IMG/VR virus record: IMGVR_UViG_3300042261_002390
Location: 182,150-246,149 of that record
DNA length: 64,000 nt
Strand: one strand, 5' to 3'
The notes under the pieces are model-generated. The model searched no databases, had not been told where the DNA came from, and saw nothing but the letters and a program-made list of their open reading frames with translations. The position numbers were made by a program, and so were the translations under genes. Shown here one piece after another: positions 1-10,091 of this stretch. Each line of letters starts with the position of its first letter. Position 1 is the first letter of the stretch.

Positions 1-220
1 TAATTAATCTAAAAATCAGTCTGATTGGTAACTCAAATGCATTAGCTGTAATATATATGAATTTAACATATTTTGCATCAACATAATTTGGTATTTTTAA
101 GTCTGAAATTATTTCAATTTTGTTTTTGATTTCGTTATAGCTTTCGTCTTCAATTTGATTGTTTGGATATACAGTAATTGCAAACAACAATAAAATCATT
201 AGTACTGTTTTTTTCATCAT
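1..220 (-). CDS. 5' part of a secreted protein running off the window edge, possibly an SLT-like transglycosylase
   Basis: Manual translation MMKKTVLMILLLFAITVYPNN...IPNYVDAKYVKFIYITANAFELPIRLIFRLI is open to the edge; has a signal-peptide-like N-terminus. Confidence 0.45.
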   Translation of the reverse strand, partial: MMKKTVLMILLLFAITVYPNNQIEDESYNEIKNKIEIISDLKIPNYVDAKYVKFIYITANAFELPIRLIFRLI

Positions 221-428
221 ATTTTTTGATTTAAATTGTGATTATTTTTGACTACCAATTAGTTGGGTAGTTTAAAAAGAATAAAATGCCCGGAAAATTG
301 TGATTTCCCGGGTATTTTATAAAATTTATTTGAAGTATATTGTATATTTGTTAGTTTTCTTATATGATTCATTCTTTTGTCTGTATAAATACTATAAAAT
401 ATGGTTTTCTGTACAATGTACGTTTTTA

Positions 429-1199
429 TTAGTTTTCAATTCTTGGTATCTCATATTTACTTAGCAATCGATTTACTGTTTTAGTTGGGGAGAATTTAAA
501 TATATGTGTATCTCCGATTCTATTAAAACCGCATCTAGTCGCTACCGAAAATAATTTATATTCGTTAATTTCAGTATCGTCTTTTGTTTCAAAATCTTTG
601 AGCGAATAATAATCACTAGCTGTTATATTTTCAAAATTATTCGTATCTTTAACTGCACTTAACAGTTTAAGTAGCTTCTCTTCGTAATATTCTTTATCGT
701 TTCCGTTATTTTGATATGGCTTTACTAATGCTAAAATTGCGACCCCATCATCGTAATAATCCCTATATATCGATTCGATATATTCTTCAGTAACGAACAT
801 TTTACGGTAATCAGCATGAACTACTAAAGAATGTAGTAAAACTATCTTTTTATATTTCATCATGTCGAATAACCCTGAATCAACTATTGATTTCAATTCA
901 TCATAAGTATCTTCACTATGAAATTTTTTCAACAATTTATATAGGTCAAATTTTAACATATTAGCCAATTCGATATTCCAGATTGAAAAAGCATATTCAC
1001 CAATTATAAGCGGATGCTTTTTTTCCTTTAATCTGAGAACCGATATTGTTCCTTCACATTCGGTAATAATATTCTCATCTTGAGTGATGAAATCGTAATT
1101 TTTCCTATATGCTGTTGTTTTAAATGTTAATTTAGATAAAAATCTAATATCATTATACATCGTTTCATTAATTTTTGCAAAATTAGTTATTAATTCCAT
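429..1199 (-). CDS. hypothetical protein (weak GNAT-like motif LHSLVVHADYRK)
   Basis: 256-aa ORF in a tightly packed minus-strand run. Confidence 0.7.
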   Translation of the reverse strand: MELITNFAKINETMYNDIRFLSKLTFKTTAYRKNYDFITQDENIITECEGTISVLRLKEKKHPLIIGEYAFSIWNIELANMLKFDLYKLLKKFHSEDTYDELKSIVDSGLFDMMKYKKIVLLHSLVVHADYRKMFVTEEYIESIYRDYYDDGVAILALVKPYQNNGNDKEYYEEKLLKLLSAVKDTNNFENITASDYYSLKDFETKDDTEINEYKLFSVATRCGFNRIGDTHIFKFSPTKTVNRLLSKYEIPRIEN

Positions 1200-1214
1200 A
1201 TTAACAAGATAAAA

Positions 1215-1643
1215 TTATAACAATTCATGTGATTTATCCATTTTAGCTAGTAAATCGACGTAATATTGACGAATATTCTCATTGTTGAGGTATTCTTGTG
1301 GTTCAAAATTTTCGTCAATCCAATCGCCCCAATATAACTGAACATTGTACTTACACATGTCATTTATAAATTCATTGAGCGATTTAGGAAATGGTAGTGT
1401 TTGTTTTATCTTATTATATGGAAGTAGTATATTATATTCGTTTGAATAAAACTCCAATACGACATTATCGTCACTGGTATATCTATACCAAGTTCCCATG
1501 TCTTTCCCTCTCCAACCATCAAACAAAACAATAATATTGCTATCTGATTTTTGAAATAACATATTAATGTTAAATGGTTGTGTGAGAAACTTTTTATATT
1601 TCTCACACCCAATTGTTTCAATATATGACGATACCTTAATCAT
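1215..1643 (-). CDS. hypothetical protein
   Basis: 142-aa ORF, operon packing. Confidence 0.7.
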   Translation of the reverse strand: MIKVSSYIETIGCEKYKKFLTQPFNINMLFQKSDSNIIVLFDGWRGKDMGTWYRYTSDDNVVLEFYSNEYNILLPYNKIKQTLPFPKSLNEFINDMCKYNVQLYWGDWIDENFEPQEYLNNENIRQYYVDLLAKMDKSHELL

Positions 1644-1869
1644 CGGTCAAATTAAATTCACCAACAGCAATAACTAGTACTGATTTAGGTAATTCTTTGT
1701 TTTTCAACTCGTTTCGAATTATAGTGTTTGCAACATAATCACTGAAAATTTCTCCGACGTTCATGATGTTTCTATCTTTAATTTCGAACAATGTTTCATC
1801 AGTTTCATTATCGATAAATTTGACAGTGATTCTTGGCGTTTCTTTGATATATCTTTGATTATCGCTCAT
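1636..1869 (-). CDS. hypothetical protein
   Basis: ORF; internal ATG (MSDNQRY) chosen to limit overlap with the upstream gene. Confidence 0.6.
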   Translation of the reverse strand: MSDNQRYIKETPRITVKFIDNETDETLFEIKDRNIMNVGEIFSDYVANTIIRNELKNKELPKSVLVIAVGEFNLTDD

Positions 1870-2104
1870 CGTTATTCGTTTTATTTTTTTCTTTATCTGC
1901 ATCAATCATTGCAGCAAATTTGAATACATCAAAAAAGATAACTTTAATCATCCAAATAATCAGTACCCAATGAATATACAGTATTTCAAAGTTAAATTTG
2001 GGTGCGAAAAAGAACTTCCAAATCAAATTTATTGGAGTTGCTGATATGATTGACTCAATAAAGTAATATAACATTACTGGAATTATATAAAATAATTGCT
2101 TCAT
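1859..2104 (-). CDS. small membrane protein
   Basis: 81 aa with two hydrophobic segments. Confidence 0.65.
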   Translation of the reverse strand: MKQLFYIIPVMLYYFIESIISATPINLIWKFFFAPKFNFEILYIHWVLIIWMIKVIFFDVFKFAAMIDADKEKNKTNNDER

Positions 2105-2114
2105 ACGTTTTTAT

Positions 2115-2633
2115 TTATTTCGTGTTAATTTTTAATCCCATTTCTTTCATTCTGAGCAATGCTTCTGCATTGCCTTTAGCGTCATCTATAGGGTGATGAG
2201 TATGTTTTGTCGTTCTAAGATGTTTCCATTTAGCGAAAGTATCTTTAACCATTCCACAATATAGGTCACCAATCCGTCTTGAAGTCCAATTAAAAGGATT
2301 TGAGCCATAATAAACATGGAAATAGTAGTTTATCCATGAAGCATCAAATCCATTATTGTCTGCGAATAAAACAGGTTTTCCTTTAGAGTTTTCAATAACC
2401 CATTTAGCAAAATTAGCCATAACGATTGAAGGTTCATCGAATGTAAGATGCTCTTCCCTACTAATACCACTAATGGCAAGCGTTTCAGGGTCATATTTAT
2501 CTGAAATTGGCTTTATTTTACCGTAGAACATAGTATCGAGTTTTGGCGTTAGTTTTACAACGCCAAAACATACCATACTATTCATCCCAATAATTTGACC
2601 ATCAGTTTCAATATCGATTACAAAGTTACTCAT
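2115..2633 (-). CDS. DEDDh 3'-5' exonuclease (DnaQ-like)
   Basis: Motifs VIDIETDG, DNNGFDASW, HHPIDDA. Confidence 0.85.
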   Translation of the reverse strand: MSNFVIDIETDGQIIGMNSMVCFGVVKLTPKLDTMFYGKIKPISDKYDPETLAISGISREEHLTFDEPSIVMANFAKWVIENSKGKPVLFADNNGFDASWINYYFHVYYGSNPFNWTSRRIGDLYCGMVKDTFAKWKHLRTTKHTHHPIDDAKGNAEALLRMKEMGLKINTK

Positions 2634-2634
2634 C

Positions 2635-2883
2635 CTATACTTTCAGTGCTAATTTCTGTAGATTAGCTTTGAATGTTTTTCTTGCAAAGATAAATAAAAA
2701 TATTTCATACAAGGTATGCATTAAAGCAAAAATATAGTGAAATAATGAAACACATATTGCAACCAATAACCCAAATGTGAATTTATTGAGCCAACCTTCA
2801 AATTTTTCGAACATTGTGCCAATTCGTTTCCAGTGATTTACCTCTTTTTTCCAGAGGATATTTAATAATGTTACTTTTTTCAT
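2635..2883 (-). CDS. small membrane protein
   Basis: 82 aa with a hydrophobic segment; packed between neighbours. Confidence 0.6.
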   Translation of the reverse strand: MKKVTLLNILWKKEVNHWKRIGTMFEKFEGWLNKFTFGLLVAICVSLFHYIFALMHTLYEIFLFIFARKTFKANLQKLALKV

Positions 2884-2884
2884 G

Positions 2885-3511
2885 TTAATAAGGTGCTTTA
2901 TGAATTAATGAATCAGGTATAGCTGCATATAGACTAGGTGGGAGATAAATGATGTCAATTGTTGAAATGCTTGGCATACTTAAGTCAAATGTCCATCTAT
3001 TGTCTATCACATAGTCTAATTCCTTTTTACAATAATACGCAACGCTGTCGTTTAAACTGTTCTCAATATAAACATCATTTAAATATGATGTATATCTAGA
3101 ATCATCACTAACAAATCCTAGTTTTAGTTTATTATAATTACTTTTATCAATATAGATTATAAATTTAACTGGAATTTGATGTTTATCTTTTTTATTTAAC
3201 TTGAATTTATCTAATTTCCCATCAGTAAAATCAAAGTTTTTAATAATGTCGATATTTGGAAGTGAATCCGAGCCGTAGACATAATATTTAAGTGAATCTT
3301 GAATATAAAATGTCGAAAACTCAGATTTATCGTAAACAACTGTTTTAGTTAATTGTTTATTGCGTAAGCTGTAGTTAACGGTAAGGGTGGCAATTAATGC
3401 CACACCTGTCCCGGTAACCAATATCATGTAACGATATTCCCAAAATCTTTTTTTTACGAAACACATCCATATGAAAGAAACAAGAAGTATTGAAATTATA
3501 AAAGTATACAT
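2885..3511 (-). CDS. membrane-anchored hypothetical protein
   Basis: 208 aa, two N-terminal TM segments. Confidence 0.7.
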   Translation of the reverse strand: MYTFIISILLVSFIWMCFVKKRFWEYRYMILVTGTGVALIATLTVNYSLRNKQLTKTVVYDKSEFSTFYIQDSLKYYVYGSDSLPNIDIIKNFDFTDGKLDKFKLNKKDKHQIPVKFIIYIDKSNYNKLKLGFVSDDSRYTSYLNDVYIENSLNDSVAYYCKKELDYVIDNRWTFDLSMPSISTIDIIYLPPSLYAAIPDSLIHKAPY

Positions 3512-3540
3512 AGTTTTAAAGTCTTAAAAGTTAATAATAA

Positions 3541-4935
3541 TTATTTTTCGTCGTCAGTATCTGCCCATTCAAGACCCGGACAGTAATCGGTGTAACTAGC
3601 ACTAAAATATTCACCAAAAATACCTGTACTACCATAAATTCCACGACCGATTGCACACAATCCACGCCAAACAGCCAATGCCAATGGTACTATAATTTTC
3701 ATAGCAAACCAAATTGCAGGTTTAATCAAGATGTATAGGAAGCTGTATGCAATACCCAATGCAACATATTTTATTGGGTAATATAACCAAATTAATGGCT
3801 CAACATACCAAACCTTTTTACCTGTTTTATACTTATTTACAATTTTTTGCCCGAAACCAATAATAAAGAAACCGATTAGATATGCAATACCAACAATTGA
3901 TAATCCCGCTAAAACATAAACATACAATAACCAATTAGTTGCTGACCAGTCAATAACAATTGTTAATAGGTGTGCAATTAAATTCACTATAAAGAATGAG
4001 GCTGTGAGAAAAAATAACGTAATCAATCCACCAACGAACTGTTTAGTTCTTCTGATGATGTTCTTCCAATCTAAATCAAATGTGAATGCATCAACAAAAA
4101 AATCAATTAGTTTATTCAATGCATTATTAATTGGTTTCATTCTAGCATCCCATTTTTCTTTCTTGATTGCTTCTTTACGTTCAATTTCTCGTTGTTTAAG
4201 AAGACGTTTTTGGTAATCTTCTCGTTTTTTCGCATTAATTTGCGTACTCCATGCGTTCCACTTTAATTCAAGTTCTTTTCTTTTTCCCAAGTATTCTTTT
4301 TGATTAGTACCATATTCTAAGCCATACTTTTCAAGCAGAAAATAATTTAGAATATCGGTGTCTTTGTTTTTTAAATAAAACTTGGCTGTTGTAGGCAATT
4401 TTAAATTACCCCTGTAATAGTACTCGTAGACTTCTTCTTCTTCAATACTTAACAACCAGCTATTAATGAATTTTTCCAGTGACCAGATTAAAATTCTTGG
4501 GAAAAGCATGATTAGCGAATATATAACTTCCCCAATCACTTTAAATGGAACAACTAAAACTGAAAAAATCAGCAACCAAAAGTACGGACAGCCATTTTGC
4601 ATAGTTTTAGGTGTCGGAGCATTTGAGCCAAGCACGTATTTCACCAAACGATAGTGCCATGATTTCATGCTTACACGCATCAATTTAGGCTTTTCTGCCT
4701 GAACAATGTACGCATCATCGCCAGTTTGAAGGTAAATTTTACTGTTTAATGATAACGAACCAACAATAGTTTCAACTACTTTAATATAGTAGCCTTCATA
4801 GTCTTTGTAAAGGAAGCCTTTACAATACAAGATGTTAGGTTTGTTGAATTCAACAACCTTATTCATCAATAACTCTAATTTTTCAAGTTTGTCGGTAATG
4901 TTTCCGACAACAGCTTTTTTAGTTATTTTTCCCAT
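3541..4935 (-). CDS. multi-pass membrane protein with central coiled coil
   Basis: 464 aa; several TM stretches and a charged K/E/R-rich helix. Confidence 0.75.
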   Translation of the reverse strand: MGKITKKAVVGNITDKLEKLELLMNKVVEFNKPNILYCKGFLYKDYEGYYIKVVETIVGSLSLNSKIYLQTGDDAYIVQAEKPKLMRVSMKSWHYRLVKYVLGSNAPTPKTMQNGCPYFWLLIFSVLVVPFKVIGEVIYSLIMLFPRILIWSLEKFINSWLLSIEEEEVYEYYYRGNLKLPTTAKFYLKNKDTDILNYFLLEKYGLEYGTNQKEYLGKRKELELKWNAWSTQINAKKREDYQKRLLKQREIERKEAIKKEKWDARMKPINNALNKLIDFFVDAFTFDLDWKNIIRRTKQFVGGLITLFFLTASFFIVNLIAHLLTIVIDWSATNWLLYVYVLAGLSIVGIAYLIGFFIIGFGQKIVNKYKTGKKVWYVEPLIWLYYPIKYVALGIAYSFLYILIKPAIWFAMKIIVPLALAVWRGLCAIGRGIYGSTGIFGEYFSASYTDYCPGLEWADTDDEK

Positions 4936-5440
4936 TTTGAAATTGATTTAATTTATTAATAATTTTATCTTTAATTCCTGTTTGTTTAATACCTTCAAGA
5001 GCACGTGGTGTTCTGACAAAATTCTCATCCGGGAGAAAATTCGATAGATTTAAATCATCGACAGCCACATAATGTTGAACATTGTTCGTTTTAACATATT
5101 CAAGTATTTCACTTGCACGACAATTTTCTAATTCACTCAAACTTTTGAACAATGTACCCCAATGATTGGGTGTGATGTCTGATATTGTACAATTAATGTT
5201 ATTAACTGCAAATATCTGATTCAACATGTTCAAATCATATTCATTTTTCCAATCACTACTTAAAACAACAATAGGATTGGTTGCTTCAATAATTTCGTTA
5301 AAAACTTTAACACATTTCGCATCAAACAAGTATGAATTGTACAATGGACACCACTTCTTAGGGTTCACGTTAAATTGAATCAATGTGGCTAAAACACCAT
5401 CGATGTCGAGCATGAGGTATGGTTTATTCATCGAGTTCAT
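4919..5440 (-). CDS. HAD-family phosphatase (RNA-repair HAD_SAK-like)
   Basis: LDIDGVL, VLSSDW and AVDD motifs. Confidence 0.8.
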   Translation of the reverse strand: MNSMNKPYLMLDIDGVLATLIQFNVNPKKWCPLYNSYLFDAKCVKVFNEIIEATNPIVVLSSDWKNEYDLNMLNQIFAVNNINCTISDITPNHWGTLFKSLSELENCRASEILEYVKTNNVQHYVAVDDLNLSNFLPDENFVRTPRALEGIKQTGIKDKIINKLNQFQNGKNN

Positions 5441-6215
5441 TTAATAATTTTCTTACATTGTCCAGATGTTTATTATCCATCGGCTTACCGCAAGTGTTCA
5501 ATTTAATGAAGGTTTCGTAAATGTCTTTTTTCGACGGATTTCTTAATGTTCCATATACGATTCCGTGTTCTTCAAATTTATGTCTATCTCTGAAAGATAA
5601 TTCAGAAAACTTATAACCTTTGTATTTGAATCGGTCTTCATAGAACTCACAAATTGCGGTAAGTCGTTGTTTACCGTCGATAATTTCAAATGCTTCGGCA
5701 CGTTTATCGGAATATGGTCGCTCAACGAAAACAAATTTACCAATATCAACATTGTTGAAAATGCTATCGATTAACGCAATCTTATCGCTGAGTTCCCAAA
5801 CATGTTCACGCTGATACTCAACGTCAAAATCAACACCATTAAAATGTACCATGTGAATAAGTGAACGTATGCCTGAATTAGATTGATTGATGCGACAAGT
5901 TTCTTCTTTCCTAAATGTTGTTGGTTTTGCCGTATCATATGGAAACAACTCATACCATTCAACAATTTGTATTGGCTGTGACTGCGATTTAACATTAAAG
6001 TTTTCAACCTTATAGAACAATCCATTTTCATAGATTTCACGAATATAGGTTTCATCATGTGCCCCATAGAATACACGGTCACCTATATTGAAAAATCTTG
6101 TTGGATTTTGTGATAATATTCCGTCTGCGATTTTTTTGCGCAAATCACGAATATCATTCTCCAACAAGATTTTCTGATGTTCTTCAGGTGAAATTGTATT
6201 TTTTTTCTTAGCCAT
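5424..6215 (-). CDS. DUF262 (ParB-like/GmrS-type) domain protein
   Basis: YQREHVW, IIDGKQRLTAI, FIKLNTCGKP motifs. Confidence 0.8.
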   Translation of the reverse strand: MAKKKNTISPEEHQKILLENDIRDLRKKIADGILSQNPTRFFNIGDRVFYGAHDETYIREIYENGLFYKVENFNVKSQSQPIQIVEWYELFPYDTAKPTTFRKEETCRINQSNSGIRSLIHMVHFNGVDFDVEYQREHVWELSDKIALIDSIFNNVDIGKFVFVERPYSDKRAEAFEIIDGKQRLTAICEFYEDRFKYKGYKFSELSFRDRHKFEEHGIVYGTLRNPSKKDIYETFIKLNTCGKPMDNKHLDNVRKLLNELDE

Positions 6216-6236
6216 AACAAAAGTTTTTGCTTATTG

Positions 6237-6263
6237 TACGTTAAGCCTGAAGAAAATGTTACA
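6237..6263 (-). promoter_or_regulatory. ECF-type phage promoter TGTAAC-N17-CGTA
   Basis: Reverse-strand copy of the recurrent motif, 22 nt upstream of the 6215 start. Confidence 0.7.
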
Positions 6264-6267
6264 AATA

Positions 6268-6624
6268 TTATTCGTTATTTGCAACAAAAATTTCAGCAAT
6301 TGCTTTTTTTATTTGTTCTTTAGGTAATACACCCACTGCTAATTGTGGTTCAGCACCGATTGGGATGAACAACATTGAGGGAACATTTCTGATTCCGAAT
6401 GTCATAGCTAATTCACTTTCAGCATCGGTATCGATTTTATATACATCGATTTCCGGATGTTCTGCAGCGACTTCTTCCAAAATAGGTGCAAGCACTTTAC
6501 ATGGTTGACACCATTCTGCTTCGAACTTTAATATTGTTGGCTTAGTACCTTTGAATGACCACTCATCGCCATTGGTGTAGTCAAATACTTTTTCTTTAAA
6601 ACTTTCAACAGTTAAATTTTCCAT
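6268..6624 (-). CDS. trxA: thioredoxin
   Basis: WCQPCK active site; IRNVP cis-Pro motif. Confidence 0.9.
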   Translation of the reverse strand: MENLTVESFKEKVFDYTNGDEWSFKGTKPTILKFEAEWCQPCKVLAPILEEVAAEHPEIDVYKIDTDAESELAMTFGIRNVPSMLFIPIGAEPQLAVGVLPKEQIKKAIAEIFVANNE

Positions 6625-6650
6625 TTTCTAATTTTTATTTAAGATTATTA

Positions 6651-7226
6651 TTATTTTAATTCTGGATGTAATTTATTCCAGATTTTTGTACAATAGTTTA
6701 TTTGAAACCTACAATCATCTAAAGGATGGTGTTCAGTACCTATGTTAGGTTCATTAGCTTTAATCTCCGGCGAGAAGAATTCGAATGTTCTGACATCAAG
6801 TTCTTTTCTAAAATCCCAAGGTATTGCTTCATAATTCCATAAAACATATGCATCCTTAAGTATTCCGCAGTCAAATCTAGGACTTCTGCCGTAAACATAT
6901 ATATCCTTACCGCCTATTTCGCCCATGTATGACTTGAATTTTTCCAGAACATTTTTTATGTTATCAGAAGGTTTGCACATTTCTTTACGTGCTTCTTCAT
7001 TTTGTTGAAGCCACCAATAGATTGTACTACCGTTAATTTTCATACCAGAGTTTAAACATGATTGAATATCAATTCTTTCATAGAAAGTTCTACCATATTC
7101 GCCAGTATTTAAATCAAATTCGACAGCACCTATTGATGTAATGACAGAATAGCTATCATTACCCATAGTTTCAAGGTCGAGCATTACGTGACCTAAATTT
7201 TTTTGAGGAAATCTTTTACTTACCAT
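6651..7226 (-). CDS. 3'-5' exoribonuclease (DEDD, Rv2179c-like)
   Basis: MLDLETMG, FDCGIL, HHPLDDC. Confidence 0.85.
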   Translation of the reverse strand: MVSKRFPQKNLGHVMLDLETMGNDSYSVITSIGAVEFDLNTGEYGRTFYERIDIQSCLNSGMKINGSTIYWWLQQNEEARKEMCKPSDNIKNVLEKFKSYMGEIGGKDIYVYGRSPRFDCGILKDAYVLWNYEAIPWDFRKELDVRTFEFFSPEIKANEPNIGTEHHPLDDCRFQINYCTKIWNKLHPELK

Positions 7227-7795
7227 TTATAATCAGGATTATGAATGTTATCAAGTTCTTCCCACATCGACGCTAATATATTCTGATTGAGTTCAGCAGC
7301 ATATGATTCTAAGGCAATCTGAAATATTGGCTTGCGATATCGATATTCTTTCACATATTTTTTGTACATTGAATCACCGTTAAGCTTCGAGTACAATGCA
7401 TTAGCGTGAATATCGCACATCTTTAGAATAATTGCACGATGGTCTTTAATGGTTTTAGGCATTGTTAATAAATGTCTAAGCAATCTGGTTTCGGCTGGAA
7501 CATCAGTTACTGCTAATATTACATCAGCAATATCTTTATTAGATTTTTCTTTGATGTTGTTGTAGGTTTGCTTAGCATCTTCAATCAAATCATGTCCATT
7601 GGCTGCTGCTTTGGTAGCAAGGAAATCTTCTTGGTATTTAAAAACATTTCTGAACTTATGAACAGTACTAACTACCATCAATACGTGTGTATCGTAATAA
7701 TTTTTACCGTCATATTCACAATTAGCATTGTTATGACTCTCACGAGCGTAACTAGCAAAACTCTCAATATTAATCTTAGTCATAGATTTATGCAT
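7220..7795 (-). CDS. HD-domain phosphohydrolase, SpoT/Mesh1-like
   Basis: HDLIED, AVTD and LKMCDIHAN motifs typical of (p)ppGpp-hydrolase-like HD proteins. Confidence 0.75.
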   Translation of the reverse strand: MHKSMTKINIESFASYARESHNNANCEYDGKNYYDTHVLMVVSTVHKFRNVFKYQEDFLATKAAANGHDLIEDAKQTYNNIKEKSNKDIADVILAVTDVPAETRLLRHLLTMPKTIKDHRAIILKMCDIHANALYSKLNGDSMYKKYVKEYRYRKPIFQIALESYAAELNQNILASMWEELDNIHNPDYKW

Positions 7796-7806
7796 TAAAA
7801 TTTCGA

Positions 7807-7883
7807 CAAATATAACACTATAAAATTAATATCCAAAAATATTTAAAAATTATTTGCATTGTAATGAATTTTATTTAATTTTG
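7807..7883. promoter_or_regulatory. divergent Bacteroidota sigma70-type -7 boxes (TAnnTTTG) at the strand switch
   Basis: TATATTTG on the minus strand at 7807-7814 and TAATTTTG on the plus strand at 7876-7883, between divergent genes. Confidence 0.55.
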
Positions 7884-7903
7884 CTGCATATAAAATTCAA
7901 AAT

Positions 7904-8374
7904 ATGAAAACAGGCAAACGAATTCCAATTACTGCAGCTAAACAAATTGCAGATACATATGGATATACACAAGTAATCATTCATGCATATGACGGAGAAC
8001 AATCCGGGGTACAATGTGTTGCAACATACGGCAAAACAGTCGATGATTGTAATAATGCAGCCAATGGTGGTAATCACATCAAGAAATTATTAGGCTGGTC
8101 GCCTCATCTATGCAATACACTTCCACGTAGAAGAAAAAAAGAAGAAGTTGACAATAGCTTAGATAAACCAGAAACATTAATGAAACAAGGGTTTGAAAGT
8201 CTAAGTGCAACTCGTAGCTACTTTAAAAATGCCGTTGTTGAGTATCAAAAAAGAAACTCAAGTGCTAAAGCTGACCCAGAAAATGCTAAGAATGTCCAAG
8301 AAGCAATCAATTTATTAAACAAAGCCTATGATGAAATTTCCGCTATTTGGGAAAATGATATCATGGATTCTTAA
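7904..8374 (+). CDS. hypothetical protein
   Basis: 156-aa ORF, first plus-strand gene. Confidence 0.7.
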   Translation: MKTGKRIPITAAKQIADTYGYTQVIIHAYDGEQSGVQCVATYGKTVDDCNNAANGGNHIKKLLGWSPHLCNTLPRRRKKEEVDNSLDKPETLMKQGFESLSATRSYFKNAVVEYQKRNSSAKADPENAKNVQEAINLLNKAYDEISAIWENDIMDS

Positions 8375-8383
8375 TTAAAAAGC

Positions 8384-8644
8384 ATGCCGAAATATTATAT
8401 TACACAAGAACAATTCGAAGAGATTCAACATTATAAAAGAATGTTCGAATATGATGCTGAAGAAATTAAGGATTTATGTGGTTCTGAAAAGGATGACATT
8501 GTTTATGGATTTAGGCTCGGTGAGCTACATACACATTTACGGCAATGTTTTATGGATATGATGGAACTTGAAAGTAGTATCCGGGAGCAAGAAATACATC
8601 AAACTGAAAAAATAGTACATCAGGATGAAAAACAAACTAATTAA
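8384..8644 (+). CDS. hypothetical protein
   Basis: 86-aa ORF. Confidence 0.65.
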   Translation: MPKYYITQEQFEEIQHYKRMFEYDAEEIKDLCGSEKDDIVYGFRLGELHTHLRQCFMDMMELESSIREQEIHQTEKIVHQDEKQTN

Positions 8645-8981
8645 ATCCATATTTAAGTTCTTTAACATTAATCCCGGGAAACTGGAATATGTCGTTACCG
8701 TTGTAAATGTTAGCGGGGAAGTTAAGAAATATACATTTAAAAATATTAAAGACGTTAATGGATTTGTTACCGACGTTAACAGTGAAACGTATTGGAATAT
8801 TCAAAGTATAGAGAAAATTAAACGATATGAGTTTACTTATAATCGTGAAGTAATTCACTCACCATTATTTTTCACAATGGAAAATGTGACTGAGAAACAA
8901 TATGTTGACGACCACGACTATAGCTTTTTAATTAAAAACAGTAGTTTGAAAAATATAAGACGAGTGACGTTGAAAGATTAA
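8625..8981 (+). CDS. hypothetical protein
   Basis: 118-aa ORF. Confidence 0.65.
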   Translation: MKNKLIKSIFKFFNINPGKLEYVVTVVNVSGEVKKYTFKNIKDVNGFVTDVNSETYWNIQSIEKIKRYEFTYNREVIHSPLFFTMENVTEKQYVDDHDYSFLIKNSSLKNIRRVTLKD

Positions 8982-8988
8982 TATTTTT

Positions 8989-9014
8989 TGTAACATTTCT
9001 AAATTGTAAACGTA
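8989..9014 (+). promoter_or_regulatory. ECF-type promoter TGTAAC-N16-CGTA
   Basis: Recurrent intergenic motif. Confidence 0.7.
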
Positions 9015-9037
9015 TTATTCGCCGAAAAATTAACCGA

Positions 9038-9229
9038 ATGAAAAATAAAATTAATATACTTGAACCACCAAAACCGCCTCTAGGTAGGGCGTTACGAGAA
9101 GGTGTTGGGCATTTTTGTAATAATTGTGGCTCGACTGTATCTAAAAACGGCTTTCTTGGATTATTTGGTGAAATGTTATGCTATAATCAAGAATGCCCGA
9201 ACAGTAAATCAAAAAAATATGGATTATAA
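9038..9229 (+). CDS. small Cys-rich (zinc-ribbon-like) protein
   Basis: CNNCG and CYNQEC motifs. Confidence 0.6.
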   Translation: MKNKINILEPPKPPLGRALREGVGHFCNNCGSTVSKNGFLGLFGEMLCYNQECPNSKSKKYGL

Positions 9230-9443
9230 AAAGCTAAGTACTGATGAACTTTGTGACATTATTGTAACTAAGATTGGCGTACCGTTACCAACATATAGTT
9301 ATGACTATAGGAAATATGTTTCTGTAGTACCTCAAAATATTAGTTTTGGTGATGGTGTTAAGGGAATTGAAAATGCTGATTTACACAATACATTTAGAGA
9401 GGCATGTATGCGTATAATATTTTGGGATTTGGATAAAACGTAA
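9219..9443 (+). CDS. hypothetical protein
   Basis: Internal ATG (MDYKKLST) of the 9102-9443 ORF, coupled to the upstream stop. Confidence 0.6.
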   Translation: MDYKKLSTDELCDIIVTKIGVPLPTYSYDYRKYVSVVPQNISFGDGVKGIENADLHNTFREACMRIIFWDLDKT

Positions 9444-9484
9444 ATAGTTAAAATTCTTTACTATTTATATATAAAAAAATTTCT

Positions 9485-10000
9485 ATGAGTAATGAAATAC
9501 GAGAAATGATTGATAGAGTTAAAAATTTTAAACAATTCATAAACGAACAATCAGAACAAAAAAACAATGTGATATATCATTTTGTTGATGAAAAGAAATT
9601 GGTTAATATCTTAATTAAAAATGAATTAAAGCCAAGGTGGAAACATTATATAGAAAGTGAAGATAGAATTGTTGTTGGGACATCTTTTACTTGGGATTTA
9701 AAACATAGCACAATTTCTAATATGGAATATCCAATAAAACTGATATTTAATAGAAATAAATTAGAAACTGATTATAATTCATTTTTAATTAATAGCAATA
9801 GAGTACATCTACAAACAATGGCACAATTGAAGCCTAATTTATATGACCCAACAGCATATAAATATGAAGATGAAACACCAAATGAGTTGTTTGTAGAAGG
9901 AATAATTAAACCATTGAGTACATATATGATAGATATTGAAATATTAAAACCAATTTCAAAAGAAACTGAACAACTCATTCTTAATTTTAAGCGTGGGTAA
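9485..10000 (+). CDS. hypothetical protein with N-terminal MSNEIREMIDRVKNFKQFINE leader; possible ADP-ribosyltransferase-like fold
   Basis: Spacing of YHF...TSFT...NELF resembles the H-S-E ART triad; TATTTATA box at 9462. Confidence 0.6.
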   Translation: MSNEIREMIDRVKNFKQFINEQSEQKNNVIYHFVDEKKLVNILIKNELKPRWKHYIESEDRIVVGTSFTWDLKHSTISNMEYPIKLIFNRNKLETDYNSFLINSNRVHLQTMAQLKPNLYDPTAYKYEDETPNELFVEGIIKPLSTYMIDIEILKPISKETEQLILNFKRG

Positions 10001-10015
10001 ACTTTTTAAAGTTTT

Positions 10016-10041
10016 TGTAACAAAACGTTAATTAGAACGTA
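10016..10041 (+). promoter_or_regulatory. ECF-type promoter TGTAAC-N16-CGTA
   Basis: Recurrent intergenic motif. Confidence 0.7.
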
Positions 10042-10091
10042 TAATACAATATTCTTATTCACTTAATATTTAAAGACATGAAGAAATTATT

